Assembly: GCA_965237675.1 (NCBI GenBank)
Contig: OZ250150.1
Span: 5,248,001 to 5,312,000, forward strand
Source of the DNA: Candidatus Latescibacterota bacterium
GTDB lineage: Bacteria > Latescibacterota > UBA2968 > GCA-2709665
Direction of reading: 5' to 3'
DNA length: 64,000 bases
Shown: positions 1 to 9,702 of the stretch, one piece after another
Numbering within the stretch: the first letter of the stretch is position 1
How the letters are laid out: each line of letters starts with the position of its first letter
The notes under the pieces: model-generated
What the model saw: only the letters and a program-made list of their open reading frames with translations
The model's database searches: none
Told to the model about the DNA's origin: nothing
Made by a program: the position numbers and the translations under genes

Positions 1-573
1 TTGCGTACAGGAAGGCTGTCAGAGGAGGAATGGCAGCGGCTGGCGACCTGGACCGGGAAGTTGTCGGAGGCGCCCTTTTTTATTGACGACACGCCAGGCA
101 TCTCCATTCTGGAATTGCGGGCTAAGGCCCGGCGCGCGAAGATCGAGCACAGCATCGGCCTGATCGTTGTGGATTACCTGCAGCTGATGACGATCTCCGA
201 GCGAATCGACAACCGGGAACAGGAAATCGCGCGCATTTCACGCTCGCTGAAGGCTTTGGCCAAGGAGCTGGATCTGCCCGTCGTTGCATGTGCACAGCTG
301 TCACGTGCCGTTGAGTCCAGGACCGACAAACGGCCGCAGCTTTCCGATCTGCGCGAAAGCGGCAGCATAGAGCAGGACTCGGACGTCGTCGCGTTTCTGT
401 ATCGGCCGGAAGTGTACGGCATACCGGACGAAGAGGGCAATCCACAGCAGGGGAAGGCTGAGATCATTATCGGCAAGCAGCGCAACGGCCCGACAGGCAG
501 CGTATATCTCACGTTCCTGGGCGAGTATCTGCGATTTGAAGAAGCTGAGACCTATCGCGACGAGCCTTTTTGA
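1..573 (+). CDS. dnaB: Replicative DNA helicase, C-terminal part (5' end outside window)
   Basis: Motifs [38 protein letters not shown] and [11 protein letters not shown]. Confidence 0.97.
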   Translation: MRTGRLSEEEWQRLATWTGKLSEAPFFIDDTPGISILELRAKARRAKIEHSIGLIVVDYLQLMTISERIDNREQEIARISRSLKALAKELDLPVVACAQLSRAVESRTDKRPQLSDLRESGSIEQDSDVVAFLYRPEVYGIPDEEGNPQQGKAEIIIGKQRNGPTGSVYLTFLGEYLRFEEAETYRDEPF

Positions 574-683
574 CTGCAAGCGTTCAGGAAGTCGCATCGG
601 GAGGGCAAGCGGCCGGCCTTCCCGACAGCGACCGTAAACGATAACGGGTCGAATCAATGGAAATGTCATTTCGAGGGATGGAT

Positions 684-1322
684 ATGGAAGGTCACCGATC
701 ACCAGTGAGGGTATCCAAGCTGCTGTCTCTAATGCTTCGGCATCGGCCGGAAGAGTTCGGCATTGAAGTCGACGGGTACGGCTATGCGGATTTCGACGCG
801 GTGTTATCCGCACTGAAGAAACAGGATGAAGATATCGAAGCCGGAGATGTCGAAGCACTGGTTTATGAAGCCGAAAAAAAACGGTTTGAGATTGTCGAGG
901 GGCGAATTCGGGCGCGCTATGGGCATAGCTTTGCCATGGAACTGGGAATCGATCCAGTGGAACCACCTGAAACCCTCTATAAGGGCTCAAGTGTCGCGGA
1001 AGTGGACGAAATTCTCAAATCAGGGTTGAAGCCGGTAGACAGGCAGTATGTACACCTCTCGTTCGAAGCGGGCGTGGCGCAGAGGCTGGCTGGACACAGG
1101 CAGGAGCCCGGTGCTGTAATCCAGGTGGAGGCACGTCATGCCGCCGCGGACGGTATTCAATTTTTCGACTGTGGACCCACGATTCTTGCAAGGGAGATTC
1201 CGCCTGATTTTCTCTCGATCGCAGAGACGCCGAGGACGGCTTCAGATAAAGGCGTGACGAAGAAACAAAACGAAGAACCGGTAACGTACGGAAGAAAACG
1301 TCGATTTTCGTCCCGGAGATAG
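684..1322 (+). CDS. kptA: RNA 2'-phosphotransferase (Tpt1/KptA family)
   Basis: SKLLSLMLRHRP, KKRFE, IRARYGHS, GLKPVDRQYVHLS; start could be 657, 678 or 684. Confidence 0.88.
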   Translation: MEGHRSPVRVSKLLSLMLRHRPEEFGIEVDGYGYADFDAVLSALKKQDEDIEAGDVEALVYEAEKKRFEIVEGRIRARYGHSFAMELGIDPVEPPETLYKGSSVAEVDEILKSGLKPVDRQYVHLSFEAGVAQRLAGHRQEPGAVIQVEARHAAADGIQFFDCGPTILAREIPPDFLSIAETPRTASDKGVTKKQNEEPVTYGRKRRFSSRR

Positions 1323-1424
1323 TACACGCCCGGTGTCTCTGCGGAGGCAGGTCGAGAATGACGCTGTTTCCGGGCTGTTCGACATTCTCTATTGGATCTC
1401 ACCCTCCCGTTTTCTTTTCTACCC

Positions 1425-1585
1425 TCGTGTTCTGTCCTGGAAATATGTCACCATTCATCCGCCTGTCTGCGTGCGTGTGTCAGCACGCACAGGCAGGCCG
1501 GTTGATCCCGTCTCGCCCAGACGCCTTGCGAGCCGGGCGACTCGTCGGCCGAATTTCGGCGATCTATTTCAGGGACAGAACACGA
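1425..1585. mobile_element. MITE-like element (family A) with 21-bp terminal inverted repeats
   Basis: tcgtgttctgtcctggaaata (1425-1445) pairs with tatttcagggacagaacacga (1565-1585); internal hairpins; a second partial copy lies at 63670-63709. Confidence 0.65.
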
Positions 1586-1611
1586 ATTCATCGACGGAAG
1601 ATCGACATCCG

Positions 1612-2508
1612 ATGGCAAAACAAGATCGATCCAAAGCCCACGCCCTATTGAAGACGGCCGCTAAACTGTCCGGCGAGATTGGCGCCGACCTCGTGTTACT
1701 CGTGGCTGATTCCGGCGTGAACCGGACGGCAGTGCAAGCTCTCAATGAGGTCTGTCCGGTGCTGCTGGTCACCCGCCGCAACCGGTTCCTTCAAGGGATA
1801 GAGGCGGCGGGCATCCGCAGGGTGAGGTCTGATTTTGACCTTGACAATGTTTCCAATTTCGAACGGGTACGACAGGGCATTATTCTGGGCATGGAGGGCG
1901 GTCACGTCGATAAGGGCAGCCGGCTGATCTGCCTTACAAATGTTATGGATCAAGGCGGCGTGGACACGCTGATGACGGTCGACACGCGCTGGGAATTCGA
2001 GGGCTTCGATCCGGAAAGCCTGGCCATGCTGGCCGGCGATCTGTCGATTGAAGTGGTCAAAGCAGTCCTGGATATCGCCCTTGACATCGGACGGGAGGGC
2101 CGGGAAGGAGAACAGGTTGGCACCCTCTTTGTCCTTGGCGATTCGGACCGCGTGCTGGCAAATTCCCGGGTGATGACGTATGATCCGTTCCGTGGATATT
2201 CAAGACGGGAGCGGAACATCTGCGATCCCGACAACCGGGAAGGCGTGAAAGAGGTTGCTTTAATGGACGGCGCTTTCATCGTCCAGGAGGACGGGGTCAT
2301 CCGTTCGGGGTGTCGGTATATCACCTCCGATGTGAAGGGGCTCGCACTACCGAAGGGGTTGGGGGCACGCCATGTTGCGGCAGCGGCGGTAACCAAGAAC
2401 ACCAAAGCCATCGCGGTGGCGGTTTCGGAATCTACCGGAACGGTACGGGCTTTCAGGCGCGGAGAGATTGTGCTCCGGCGGGACCCGCACCGCCGCACCG
2501 CCCGTTAA
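1612..2508 (+). CDS. Soluble diadenylate cyclase (DisA_N/DAC domain, DacZ-like N-terminal region)
   Basis: EGREGEQVGTLFVLGD, LMDGAF (DGA motif), GLGARHVAAA, AVSESTGTV; ATG 1612 preferred over the ORF start at 1333. Confidence 0.85.
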   Translation: MAKQDRSKAHALLKTAAKLSGEIGADLVLLVADSGVNRTAVQALNEVCPVLLVTRRNRFLQGIEAAGIRRVRSDFDLDNVSNFERVRQGIILGMEGGHVDKGSRLICLTNVMDQGGVDTLMTVDTRWEFEGFDPESLAMLAGDLSIEVVKAVLDIALDIGREGREGEQVGTLFVLGDSDRVLANSRVMTYDPFRGYSRRERNICDPDNREGVKEVALMDGAFIVQEDGVIRSGCRYITSDVKGLALPKGLGARHVAAAAVTKNTKAIAVAVSESTGTVRAFRRGEIVLRRDPHRRTAR

Positions 2509-2616
2509 GTGGTCGTTTCGGGTTGCTGTACACGGGAAGGAACCGGGTGGTTGCTAAGGAAACTGGGGATCCCGACGGTCGATCGCACATGCACGTTCGA
2601 ACCGACACGTTGGGAA

Positions 2617-3129
2617 ATGGACACGATGAAGATTCGGTTGATGCAGCGCAAGAACACGATAAACGCGGTCATTGGGGATGATGTTCAACCGGTGGCCAGG
2701 GTCGCCAGGGCGTTCCCTAAAAGCAATCCGCACCATTTCGTGGGATTATTGGGAGACGACGGCCACGAGATCTTTCTGATTGAAGACCCCGGCACGCTGG
2801 ACGGGACGTCTCGGAAATTGTTGGATGCGGCGTTGAAAGACGCCTATTTTATTCCCGGAATTCGAGAAATACGTTCGATGGCACCTGATGGGACGGGCGG
2901 TGTATGGACCGTGCTTACGAAAGATGGAGAAATGGTGTTCCGTACGCAGGACCGTGAAGCGCTGGATGGTTCGGAACCGCCGTCCATCACGGTAACGGAC
3001 GAGAACGGCAGGCGATATCTGATCGAGGACTACTGGGCGCTGGACCGGGATAGTCGAAATGCAATTCGAGATATCGTTCCGGATGAGGTCATGCGGCGAC
3101 GGGCGAGGGTTGTTTCAGTCCGCCGTTAG
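2617..3129 (+). CDS. DUF1854-like protein
   Basis: RAFPKSNPHHFVGLL..GHEIFLIED...AYFIPGIREI...W.V.T..G pattern. Confidence 0.65.
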   Translation: MDTMKIRLMQRKNTINAVIGDDVQPVARVARAFPKSNPHHFVGLLGDDGHEIFLIEDPGTLDGTSRKLLDAALKDAYFIPGIREIRSMAPDGTGGVWTVLTKDGEMVFRTQDREALDGSEPPSITVTDENGRRYLIEDYWALDRDSRNAIRDIVPDEVMRRRARVVSVRR

Positions 3130-3155
3130 CAACACACCCTTAAAAGGGTGCAATT

Positions 3156-4466
3156 ATGGAGGAAGGGCAACGCAGGTTTTTGATTTCTGGAGTCCTGATC
3201 GGACTGTGTGCAATCGGAATGCTGGCACTGGGCGAAGTTCGTTACCGGATGCCACTTTTTTTTGGGCTATTCGCCGCGTGGATGATTATCTACATGGTGG
3301 CCGTCTGGCATTGTACGACAGCGTCTCTAAAGACTGTGGTGCTGTTTGGTATATTATTCCGTGTCATCTTACTCTTTTCGCCACCCGGCCTTTCGGATGA
3401 CGTGTATAGGTACCTCTGGGACGGGCGTGTCCAGGCTGCAGGGATCAATCCTTACGCGTTTCCACCGGCTTCTGAGGAACTCGCCCATCTGAGAGACGAT
3501 GAGGTGTTCCCCGAAGTGAACCATCCGGATGTGCCTACCATCTATCCACCGCTTGGGCAGATATTTTTTCGAATATGTTATCTTGTGTATCCGTCGATCT
3601 GGACAATAAAAACAGCCCTGGTCCTTTTCGATCTGTTAACGGCGTGGTTCCTGCTGGGTTTGATCCGGCTTTACGATCAGCATCCGGGGCAATTGCTCAT
3701 TTACCTCTGGCATCCCCTGTTACTGGTAGAGGTGGCGGGTAACGGCCATATAGACGCGCTGGGCGTGGCCTTCGTGGTGTTTGCTTTCCTGTATCTTCAA
3801 GTTGGGGGTTACGGGAGGGCGTTCGCCGCGCTGGCCCTCTCCTGTTTGAGCAAGTTCTTTGCCATTTGTCTGTTACCGGTCTTTTGGCGGTGGATCTGCG
3901 GGAGAACCGCCCGTAGATATGAAGGGCGGCTCCCGGCCGGCTTCAGGCCACAGACCGTCTGGCCGGTTGTGATCTTCGCGGCGCTAGTGGCCGGTGGGTA
4001 CCTGCCATACCTGGAAGCGGGAGAAAACCTGTTTGCAGGGTTGCTCATATATGCCGAGCACTGGAGCTTCAACGCGCCGGTCTTCGACATCCTGAGCCAT
4101 CTATTGGGAAATCCGTTTTGGGCGCGAACGGTCATCGCCGTTGTGTTTGCCGGGGCGGTGATTCTACTCACGTTCAGCCGGATGCCGCCGATTCAGGTCG
4201 GATTCTTCCTTGTCGGCACCTTCTTGTTAATCACGCCGACATTGCACCCATGGTATGCCATCTGGATAATACCCTTCATGGTATTTTACAGGCAACCGGC
4301 TTGGCTGGTTTTTACTGGCCTTATCGCAATTTCGTATCACGTCGTGATAAAATATGCGAGCGAAGGGATATGGGAGGAGGCAGTCTGGGTAAAGTGTGTC
4401 CTTTTCGGCGGATTTGCCCTTGTCTGGATATTCGAAAGGATAAAGCGACGACGGGGTGAGACTTGA
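3156..4466 (+). CDS. Polytopic membrane glycosyltransferase (GT-C fold, GT87/DUF2029-like)
   Basis: LSDDVYRYLWDGRVQAAGINPY, TIYPP, GNGHID, HPWY; many TM segments. Confidence 0.8.
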   Translation: MEEGQRRFLISGVLIGLCAIGMLALGEVRYRMPLFFGLFAAWMIIYMVAVWHCTTASLKTVVLFGILFRVILLFSPPGLSDDVYRYLWDGRVQAAGINPYAFPPASEELAHLRDDEVFPEVNHPDVPTIYPPLGQIFFRICYLVYPSIWTIKTALVLFDLLTAWFLLGLIRLYDQHPGQLLIYLWHPLLLVEVAGNGHIDALGVAFVVFAFLYLQVGGYGRAFAALALSCLSKFFAICLLPVFWRWICGRTARRYEGRLPAGFRPQTVWPVVIFAALVAGGYLPYLEAGENLFAGLLIYAEHWSFNAPVFDILSHLLGNPFWARTVIAVVFAGAVILLTFSRMPPIQVGFFLVGTFLLITPTLHPWYAIWIIPFMVFYRQPAWLVFTGLIAISYHVVIKYASEGIWEEAVWVKCVLFGGFALVWIFERIKRRRGET

Positions 4467-4474
4467 GACCAGCC

Positions 4475-4510
4475 AGGAAACGCCGTTCGGAATGAACGGC
4501 GTTTCTTTTT
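4475..4510 (+). terminator. Rho-independent terminator
   Basis: gaaacgccgttc-ggaat-gaacggcgtttc followed by a T run, just after the stop at 4466. Confidence 0.8.
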
Positions 4511-4586
4511 GTCTGTACGAGAGCAACACGACAGGCAACGGTAGCAAGAATCGAAAGGCCGGGACGTTCCGCCGTGCTCCTGCAGC

Positions 4587-7500
4587 CTATGCCGTGCTGC
4601 CGAACAGGAGAGCAAACCGCCAGAAGTCCGAGAAGGCGACTTCACCATCGTTGTCCAGATCGAACCGGGGATCGTTGGATCCGAAAGCGAGGGCAAAAAG
4701 CAGAAAATCCGAAAAGTCGACCCGGCCGTTTCCGCTGAAGTCGGCGTTGCCCGCGGCTGTGAAACCTGTCTGACCGGTCACAAAGGTAATGCTGGTATAC
4801 CCGGGTGCAAGGGGGACGCCCGACGAGTCTGCGGCCATGGAAAGGGTAAGGCTGTACGCACGACCGGCGCCAAAGGGTATCGAAAACGATAAGAGGACGC
4901 GCTGGCTCGTGCGGTCCAGAATCCCGGAGGTCGGGCGACCCAGGGTAGGTGCGACGGTATATCCGTGTGGATCGGCCGTTTCGGCTGCCATCGGCTCATT
5001 GAATGTAAGTGAGAGGCTGTGCGCGTGGAGGACTTCGACGCGATTCAGTTCCGGAGCCGGGTTCGGGCGAACGGTGTGCGTCTCGGAGCGGATTTCGTCG
5101 CCATTGGGCAACGTGGCAACGACAACGTAACGATAGATTCGGTTTTCAGCGAGGCCGGTGTCCGTGTGGGAATTGGCTGTCAGGTTGTCAATAAGAAGAG
5201 TGGGCGTACTCCCGTTGACGCCGCGAAGGATCCGATAGGTGGCAGCACCTCCTGTATACGCCCAGGTGAGCCGGGCGCTGGCCGGTCCCAGAGGGTCGGC
5301 CTGAACAACCTGCAGGGTCCTCGTGACAACCGCCTCGGTACGTTCCATCAGACGCACGGCGCCGTCCCTGTTGTAGAGAAGCTCGGCATAACCGTCTTTG
5401 TCCAGGTCCGCAATGAGAGGACGGTGCGTGACCGAAACGGTTTCGTGCCAGAAGGGCTCGTAGGCATCCGGCCCCGTGGCGCGAATGAGGTATAGATCCG
5501 GTCGCAGACAGACGGCCAGGTCGGGTATACCGTTGCCGTCCACATCGCCCGTTGCTATGCCGTTACCCGTTGAAATCACGCCCGAGACACGAATCGACCA
5601 CTCCAGAGCGTAGGTGGAGCGGCCGTCCCAGCTGTAGATCTCGAGGGTCCAGCGACCGTTGAGCGCGTCGTTTCGGTCTTCCTCCGCACGGGCGACGGCG
5701 AATTCCACGTCGCCGTCATTGTCAATATCGGCCCCGCCGCCTATCCATTGGGTGTTGGTGCCGTCACTGCCCGCCATTTTCCAGGTCTGTACGAAGCCGC
5801 CGCCCGGCCGGGCTTCGTAGATCCACAGGTCTCCGTCGTCGTCGCCGGAGAGGATTTCTTTCCGGCCATTGTCGTTCATATCCGCAATGACAAATCGGGG
5901 ACCGGGCCAGTTGAAGCCTTCGGTCGGGTTCGGGAGCAGGGCGGTTTCCTCGAAAGCGCCTTCCGGCGTACTCTTCAGTATCCGAATGCCCGGCGCGAGT
6001 GCCGACCGGGCTACGATTTCGTTTCTGCCGTCGCCGTCGATATCGACGATTTCGCCGCCCTCGGCTGGAGACTGGTCCAGAAGGGTTTCGGAAGGGAAGG
6101 GAGTCCCTGCAAAGAGCCGGAGGCGCGCGATGCTGGTGCGGGGAAAGTTGATGCCGAGTAGGTCGGTTCGGCCGTCGTTGTTTGCATCACCCACAGCCCA
6201 GGGAAGAAACGACTCAGTGGTCTGGAAGACGGTTGTGAAGTTTCCGTCGTCGTCACGTTCCATGATCCGGTTCATGTTGTAAGGACGGCCGCTAACGTAG
6301 GGCATCAGTACGATTTCGGGTCGCCCGTCCATGTCAAAGTCTGCGACCTCGTCCGCAAGAAACCCATCGGGCAGCGTATCGACCTGAACAAAACCACGGG
6401 CGGAGATACGCAGCGGATTTACCGTAAATGTCATCGGTTCGGAAAACGCGGCCTGTCCGGCGGCATCCCGTGCCATAATGCGGTATACCAGGGGTCCCGG
6501 GGCGAGGTCCGGGGGCAGGGTGACGCTGTGACGGGTGTAGACAATGTCCGAAAAAAGGCTGTCTTCTCGTGTCGTCGTAGACGAACGGTAGATCAGAGCG
6601 CCCCTTGTGGGGCGTCGGGTGTGCCAGACGGCATGGTAAGTCTGGCGGTTTCCTATGAGTATGGGTGAGAAAGACGCCTTCGATATAACCGGTGAAGCAC
6701 GCCGGATGCCGATTCGAACCCGATCTTCCAGGTTCGTGCCGTCGGTTAGCCGGGCCATCAGCCGCACGATGGCGGAGGTGTCGGCCGGCGTACCCGGCGT
6801 CCAGGAGTGCCGGATGTCCGGACTTGACGGTCCACCGGCGAGGCGGAGCCAGGATTGAGGATCTTCACCCAGGCCCCAGGAAAGTTCGTAGGTGACAACA
6901 TTGGGACCTGTGGCCCGAGCGACGATGTCAAAGTTCTGGCTGGCGCTGTCGTCCGTCTGGGGATGGTCGATGTGCACGACGGGGGGATTGGCCCATCGTG
7001 TGAGTTTTTCGAGCAGTATCGCCGCATCGATGCGGCCGGCACCGCCGCTGCTGTCCCAACCATTGGGCCCGAGGTCGATCACGGACGCGACGAGCAGCGA
7101 ACGAACCTGTTCGGCAGTGAGTTCAGGACGACGGGAGAGAATAAGCGCGGCCAGGCCCGAGATATGGGGCGCCGCGAAGGACGTGCCGGAGGCGTGCCGG
7201 TACGCATGCCCTGGCCACGTTGTGAGTGTGCCGGCACCGGGCGCGACCAGGTCCAGCGGAACTCCCCTGCTGCTGAACCCGGCAATCCGGTCCTGGGGCG
7301 CCGTGGCCCCCACGGCAATGGTTTCGTCCATGGCTGCAGGGTAAGACAGACCGAATTCACCGCTATTTCCAGCGGAACTGACGAGGACAAGGCCACTCGC
7401 AGCCGCATAGCGCACCGCGTCGTGGATTAGGAACGCGCTTTCCGGTCCCCCCCAGCTCATATTGATGACATGTGCTCCGTTTTCCACGGCATAGAGAATG

Positions 7501-8420
7501 GCGGCTGCAAGGTCGTCTTCCTCCAGAAAAGTGAGATCGGATTCCAGGGTGACGCCGGCGCGAAGGCACATCAGCGCGGCCTCCGGCGCAACGCCGGCAA
7601 TGCCGACGCCATTGTCTGTGACAGCCGCGGCAATGCCTGCAACACGGGTACCATGGCTGGATTCGTCCATGGGATCGTTGTCGGGGGAAAGAAAGTCGCC
7701 TTTTGCGGGAAGTGTCGGGGTGTGGGTGAAATCCCAGCCGCGAATGTCGTCCACGTACCCGTTGTTGTCGTCATCGACCCCTGGCCGGCCGGATGCTTCG
7801 TCGGGGTTGATCCAGATATTGTCGGCCAGGTCTTCGTGGGTATAGTCCACGCCGGAATCGATGATAGCGATGACGACGTTCTGCTTGCCCGGCGGAAGCC
7901 CGTCCCTCAGGTCCTGCCATCTGATCTGCTCCAGGCTGTACTGATCGGTCAGGCGGGGATCGTCAGGCGCGGCGTGATGGGAGAAGAGGTGGACGGGCTG
8001 GGCGTAGAGGACGTCAGGGTGCTCCGAATAGGCCGCCGCGGCTTCCGCCGGGTTCACGTCGGGGTCTATTTCAAGGCGATAGACCTGCGCGAATCCCATG
8101 GCGCGCTTGGCCAGGACCGCTCGCGGCTGAAACACGGGTTCGGGGGTGCCGGCTCCAAAATGTGCATGCAGGCTTGCAAGGCTTCCGGCTGCGGTTTTGG
8201 CGGCAGACGTTTTGAACCTGATGAGGATCTGTCCCGGAGAATAATTCGGTTGGGCCGCGGTGGAACCCGATAGGGAAGTGAAAGCGGATACCAGGAAAAA
8301 GAAGCATGTCGCGTACATCCGTACGTTTGGATTCAATGCCTGGCTCCCCTCTCCTGATCCCTGGGTACCATGTGGATCTGATTCGCCCTTGTTTTCCGGC
8401 TGTTTCATTATGAACGGCAT
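4587..8420 (-). CDS. Secreted S8 (subtilisin-like) serine peptidase with FG-GAP repeats, Fn3/Ig-like domains and a C-terminal dockerin/EF-hand-like tag
   Basis: Triad IAIIDSG / SHGTRVAG / GTSFAAP; repeated DxDxDGxxE/D motifs; C-terminal ADFSGNGRVDFSDFLLFALAFG; true start possibly 8408 or 8318. Confidence 0.88.
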   Translation of the reverse strand: MPFIMKQPENKGESDPHGTQGSGEGSQALNPNVRMYATCFFFLVSAFTSLSGSTAAQPNYSPGQILIRFKTSAAKTAAGSLASLHAHFGAGTPEPVFQPRAVLAKRAMGFAQVYRLEIDPDVNPAEAAAAYSEHPDVLYAQPVHLFSHHAAPDDPRLTDQYSLEQIRWQDLRDGLPPGKQNVVIAIIDSGVDYTHEDLADNIWINPDEASGRPGVDDDNNGYVDDIRGWDFTHTPTLPAKGDFLSPDNDPMDESSHGTRVAGIAAAVTDNGVGIAGVAPEAALMCLRAGVTLESDLTFLEEDDLAAAILYAVENGAHVINMSWGGPESAFLIHDAVRYAAASGLVLVSSAGNSGEFGLSYPAAMDETIAVGATAPQDRIAGFSSRGVPLDLVAPGAGTLTTWPGHAYRHASGTSFAAPHISGLAALILSRRPELTAEQVRSLLVASVIDLGPNGWDSSGGAGRIDAAILLEKLTRWANPPVVHIDHPQTDDSASQNFDIVARATGPNVVTYELSWGLGEDPQSWLRLAGGPSSPDIRHSWTPGTPADTSAIVRLMARLTDGTNLEDRVRIGIRRASPVISKASFSPILIGNRQTYHAVWHTRRPTRGALIYRSSTTTREDSLFSDIVYTRHSVTLPPDLAPGPLVYRIMARDAAGQAAFSEPMTFTVNPLRISARGFVQVDTLPDGFLADEVADFDMDGRPEIVLMPYVSGRPYNMNRIMERDDDGNFTTVFQTTESFLPWAVGDANNDGRTDLLGINFPRTSIARLRLFAGTPFPSETLLDQSPAEGGEIVDIDGDGRNEIVARSALAPGIRILKSTPEGAFEETALLPNPTEGFNWPGPRFVIADMNDNGRKEILSGDDDGDLWIYEARPGGGFVQTWKMAGSDGTNTQWIGGGADIDNDGDVEFAVARAEEDRNDALNGRWTLEIYSWDGRSTYALEWSIRVSGVISTGNGIATGDVDGNGIPDLAVCLRPDLYLIRATGPDAYEPFWHETVSVTHRPLIADLDKDGYAELLYNRDGAVRLMERTEAVVTRTLQVVQADPLGPASARLTWAYTGGAATYRILRGVNGSTPTLLIDNLTANSHTDTGLAENRIYRYVVVATLPNGDEIRSETHTVRPNPAPELNRVEVLHAHSLSLTFNEPMAAETADPHGYTVAPTLGRPTSGILDRTSQRVLLSFSIPFGAGRAYSLTLSMAADSSGVPLAPGYTSITFVTGQTGFTAAGNADFSGNGRVDFSDFLLFALAFGSNDPRFDLDNDGEVAFSDFWRFALLFGSTA

Positions 8421-8438
8421 ATCAAGCAGGAGGTTCCG

Positions 8439-9629
8439 TCAAAGTCGATCGGCGAGTGCACATGAAGCTTCCCGGACAGGCGTGACGGGCAGGGCCGCAA
8501 CGAACGCGGCGGAAGGAAGAAGAACGAGGGAGACGCACGCCAGAGCAAAACCGATGGACGTGATGTCTGCAAGGAGTCCGATGCCGGGAAGGAGCAGACC
8601 CGAGATTCCCCATGCAAATCCCATCACCAGACCGGTGGCCGTGCTGGCGTGTTGCGGCAGAATGCGCTGTGCCAGCACGATATTGGTGGTGGCGCCGAGA
8701 TCGAATATGAACCCGGCAAATAAGAAACAGCCCAGAGAGATGGGACCGGAGGTGAAGCAAAAGACGACGTAGAAGACGGGCGAGAACGCACAGGATAGCC
8801 CCAGTAGCCTGCGGGGAGCCACACGGTCGCCGAGATATCCGCCCGCCAGCCGGCCCAGTGTCGCCGCGATCAGGTAGGCGGACAACACCCAGCCGACTTT
8901 GGAGATGTCCCACGATCTGTCGAGACCCACGATGGATATGAAGCTAACACAGGCCGCGTGCACCAGAGACCGAAATACCGCGATTGCATAGAGGATCCAC
9001 AGCGGCCGCATCGCCGCCGTCCTCAAGAGAGCGACGTTGATACGGACCGACGGTGTCGCCCTTTCTTCCGGAGTTGTGGTCTTCGACAGGCGAGATAACA
9101 CAGCGGCGGCCACGAGACATGGAAAAACAACGATCCAGAGTGTATCCAGTCCGTATCGCGCAACAATCTGCGTCCCGGTTACGGGAGCGATGGCCATGCC
9201 CAGAGGACCGCCAGTGAGGAAGACGGCCATTGCGAAGTTGGAGCGCCTGGGCAGGGAAGTCGTCACGAGGCCCCCGGCTGTCGGATGAAAAAGGGATGAA
9301 CCGAGCGAGGCCAGAACCAGAAAGGCGGCCAGCATGACCACCGAGGGTAACGAACCGATTACCGATACGCAAAGGCCGCACGCCAGCACGCCGAGCGCGG
9401 CCAGGCGCGTTCGATTGGTCCGGTCGCCAAGATAGCCCATAAACGGTTGCGGAATGTTACCGAAGAGAGAAACGACCATGGGAAGGAGGGAAGCTTCCAC
9501 CAGCGTAAGCCCGTAGAGGTTCTTAAACAGGGCGAGCAACGGTGGGAACAGGGTCATGTAGAAATCCACCGTCGTGTGCGCGTAGGTGATGAGACAGACC
9601 CTGAGCATTGGACGTTGCGTTAAGGGCAT
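8439..9629 (-). CDS. MFS transporter (Fsr-like)
   Basis: AHTTVDFY, QPFMGYLGDR, LGSSLFHP, GGYLGDR; 12-TM pattern. Confidence 0.85.
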   Translation of the reverse strand: MPLTQRPMLRVCLITYAHTTVDFYMTLFPPLLALFKNLYGLTLVEASLLPMVVSLFGNIPQPFMGYLGDRTNRTRLAALGVLACGLCVSVIGSLPSVVMLAAFLVLASLGSSLFHPTAGGLVTTSLPRRSNFAMAVFLTGGPLGMAIAPVTGTQIVARYGLDTLWIVVFPCLVAAAVLSRLSKTTTPEERATPSVRINVALLRTAAMRPLWILYAIAVFRSLVHAACVSFISIVGLDRSWDISKVGWVLSAYLIAATLGRLAGGYLGDRVAPRRLLGLSCAFSPVFYVVFCFTSGPISLGCFLFAGFIFDLGATTNIVLAQRILPQHASTATGLVMGFAWGISGLLLPGIGLLADITSIGFALACVSLVLLPSAAFVAALPVTPVREASCALADRL

Positions 9630-9702
9630 CGGAGTACCTGGTGGCGGTATGGCGGCGTTGATGACCGAGGCCGCCGTAAAGAGACCTCACGACCTGGCAT
9701 AC

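Noticed and set aside
1333-1611. N-terminal extension of the diadenylate cyclase ORF
   Set aside because: It runs through the MITE and has a non-protein-like composition; ATG 1612 is more plausible.
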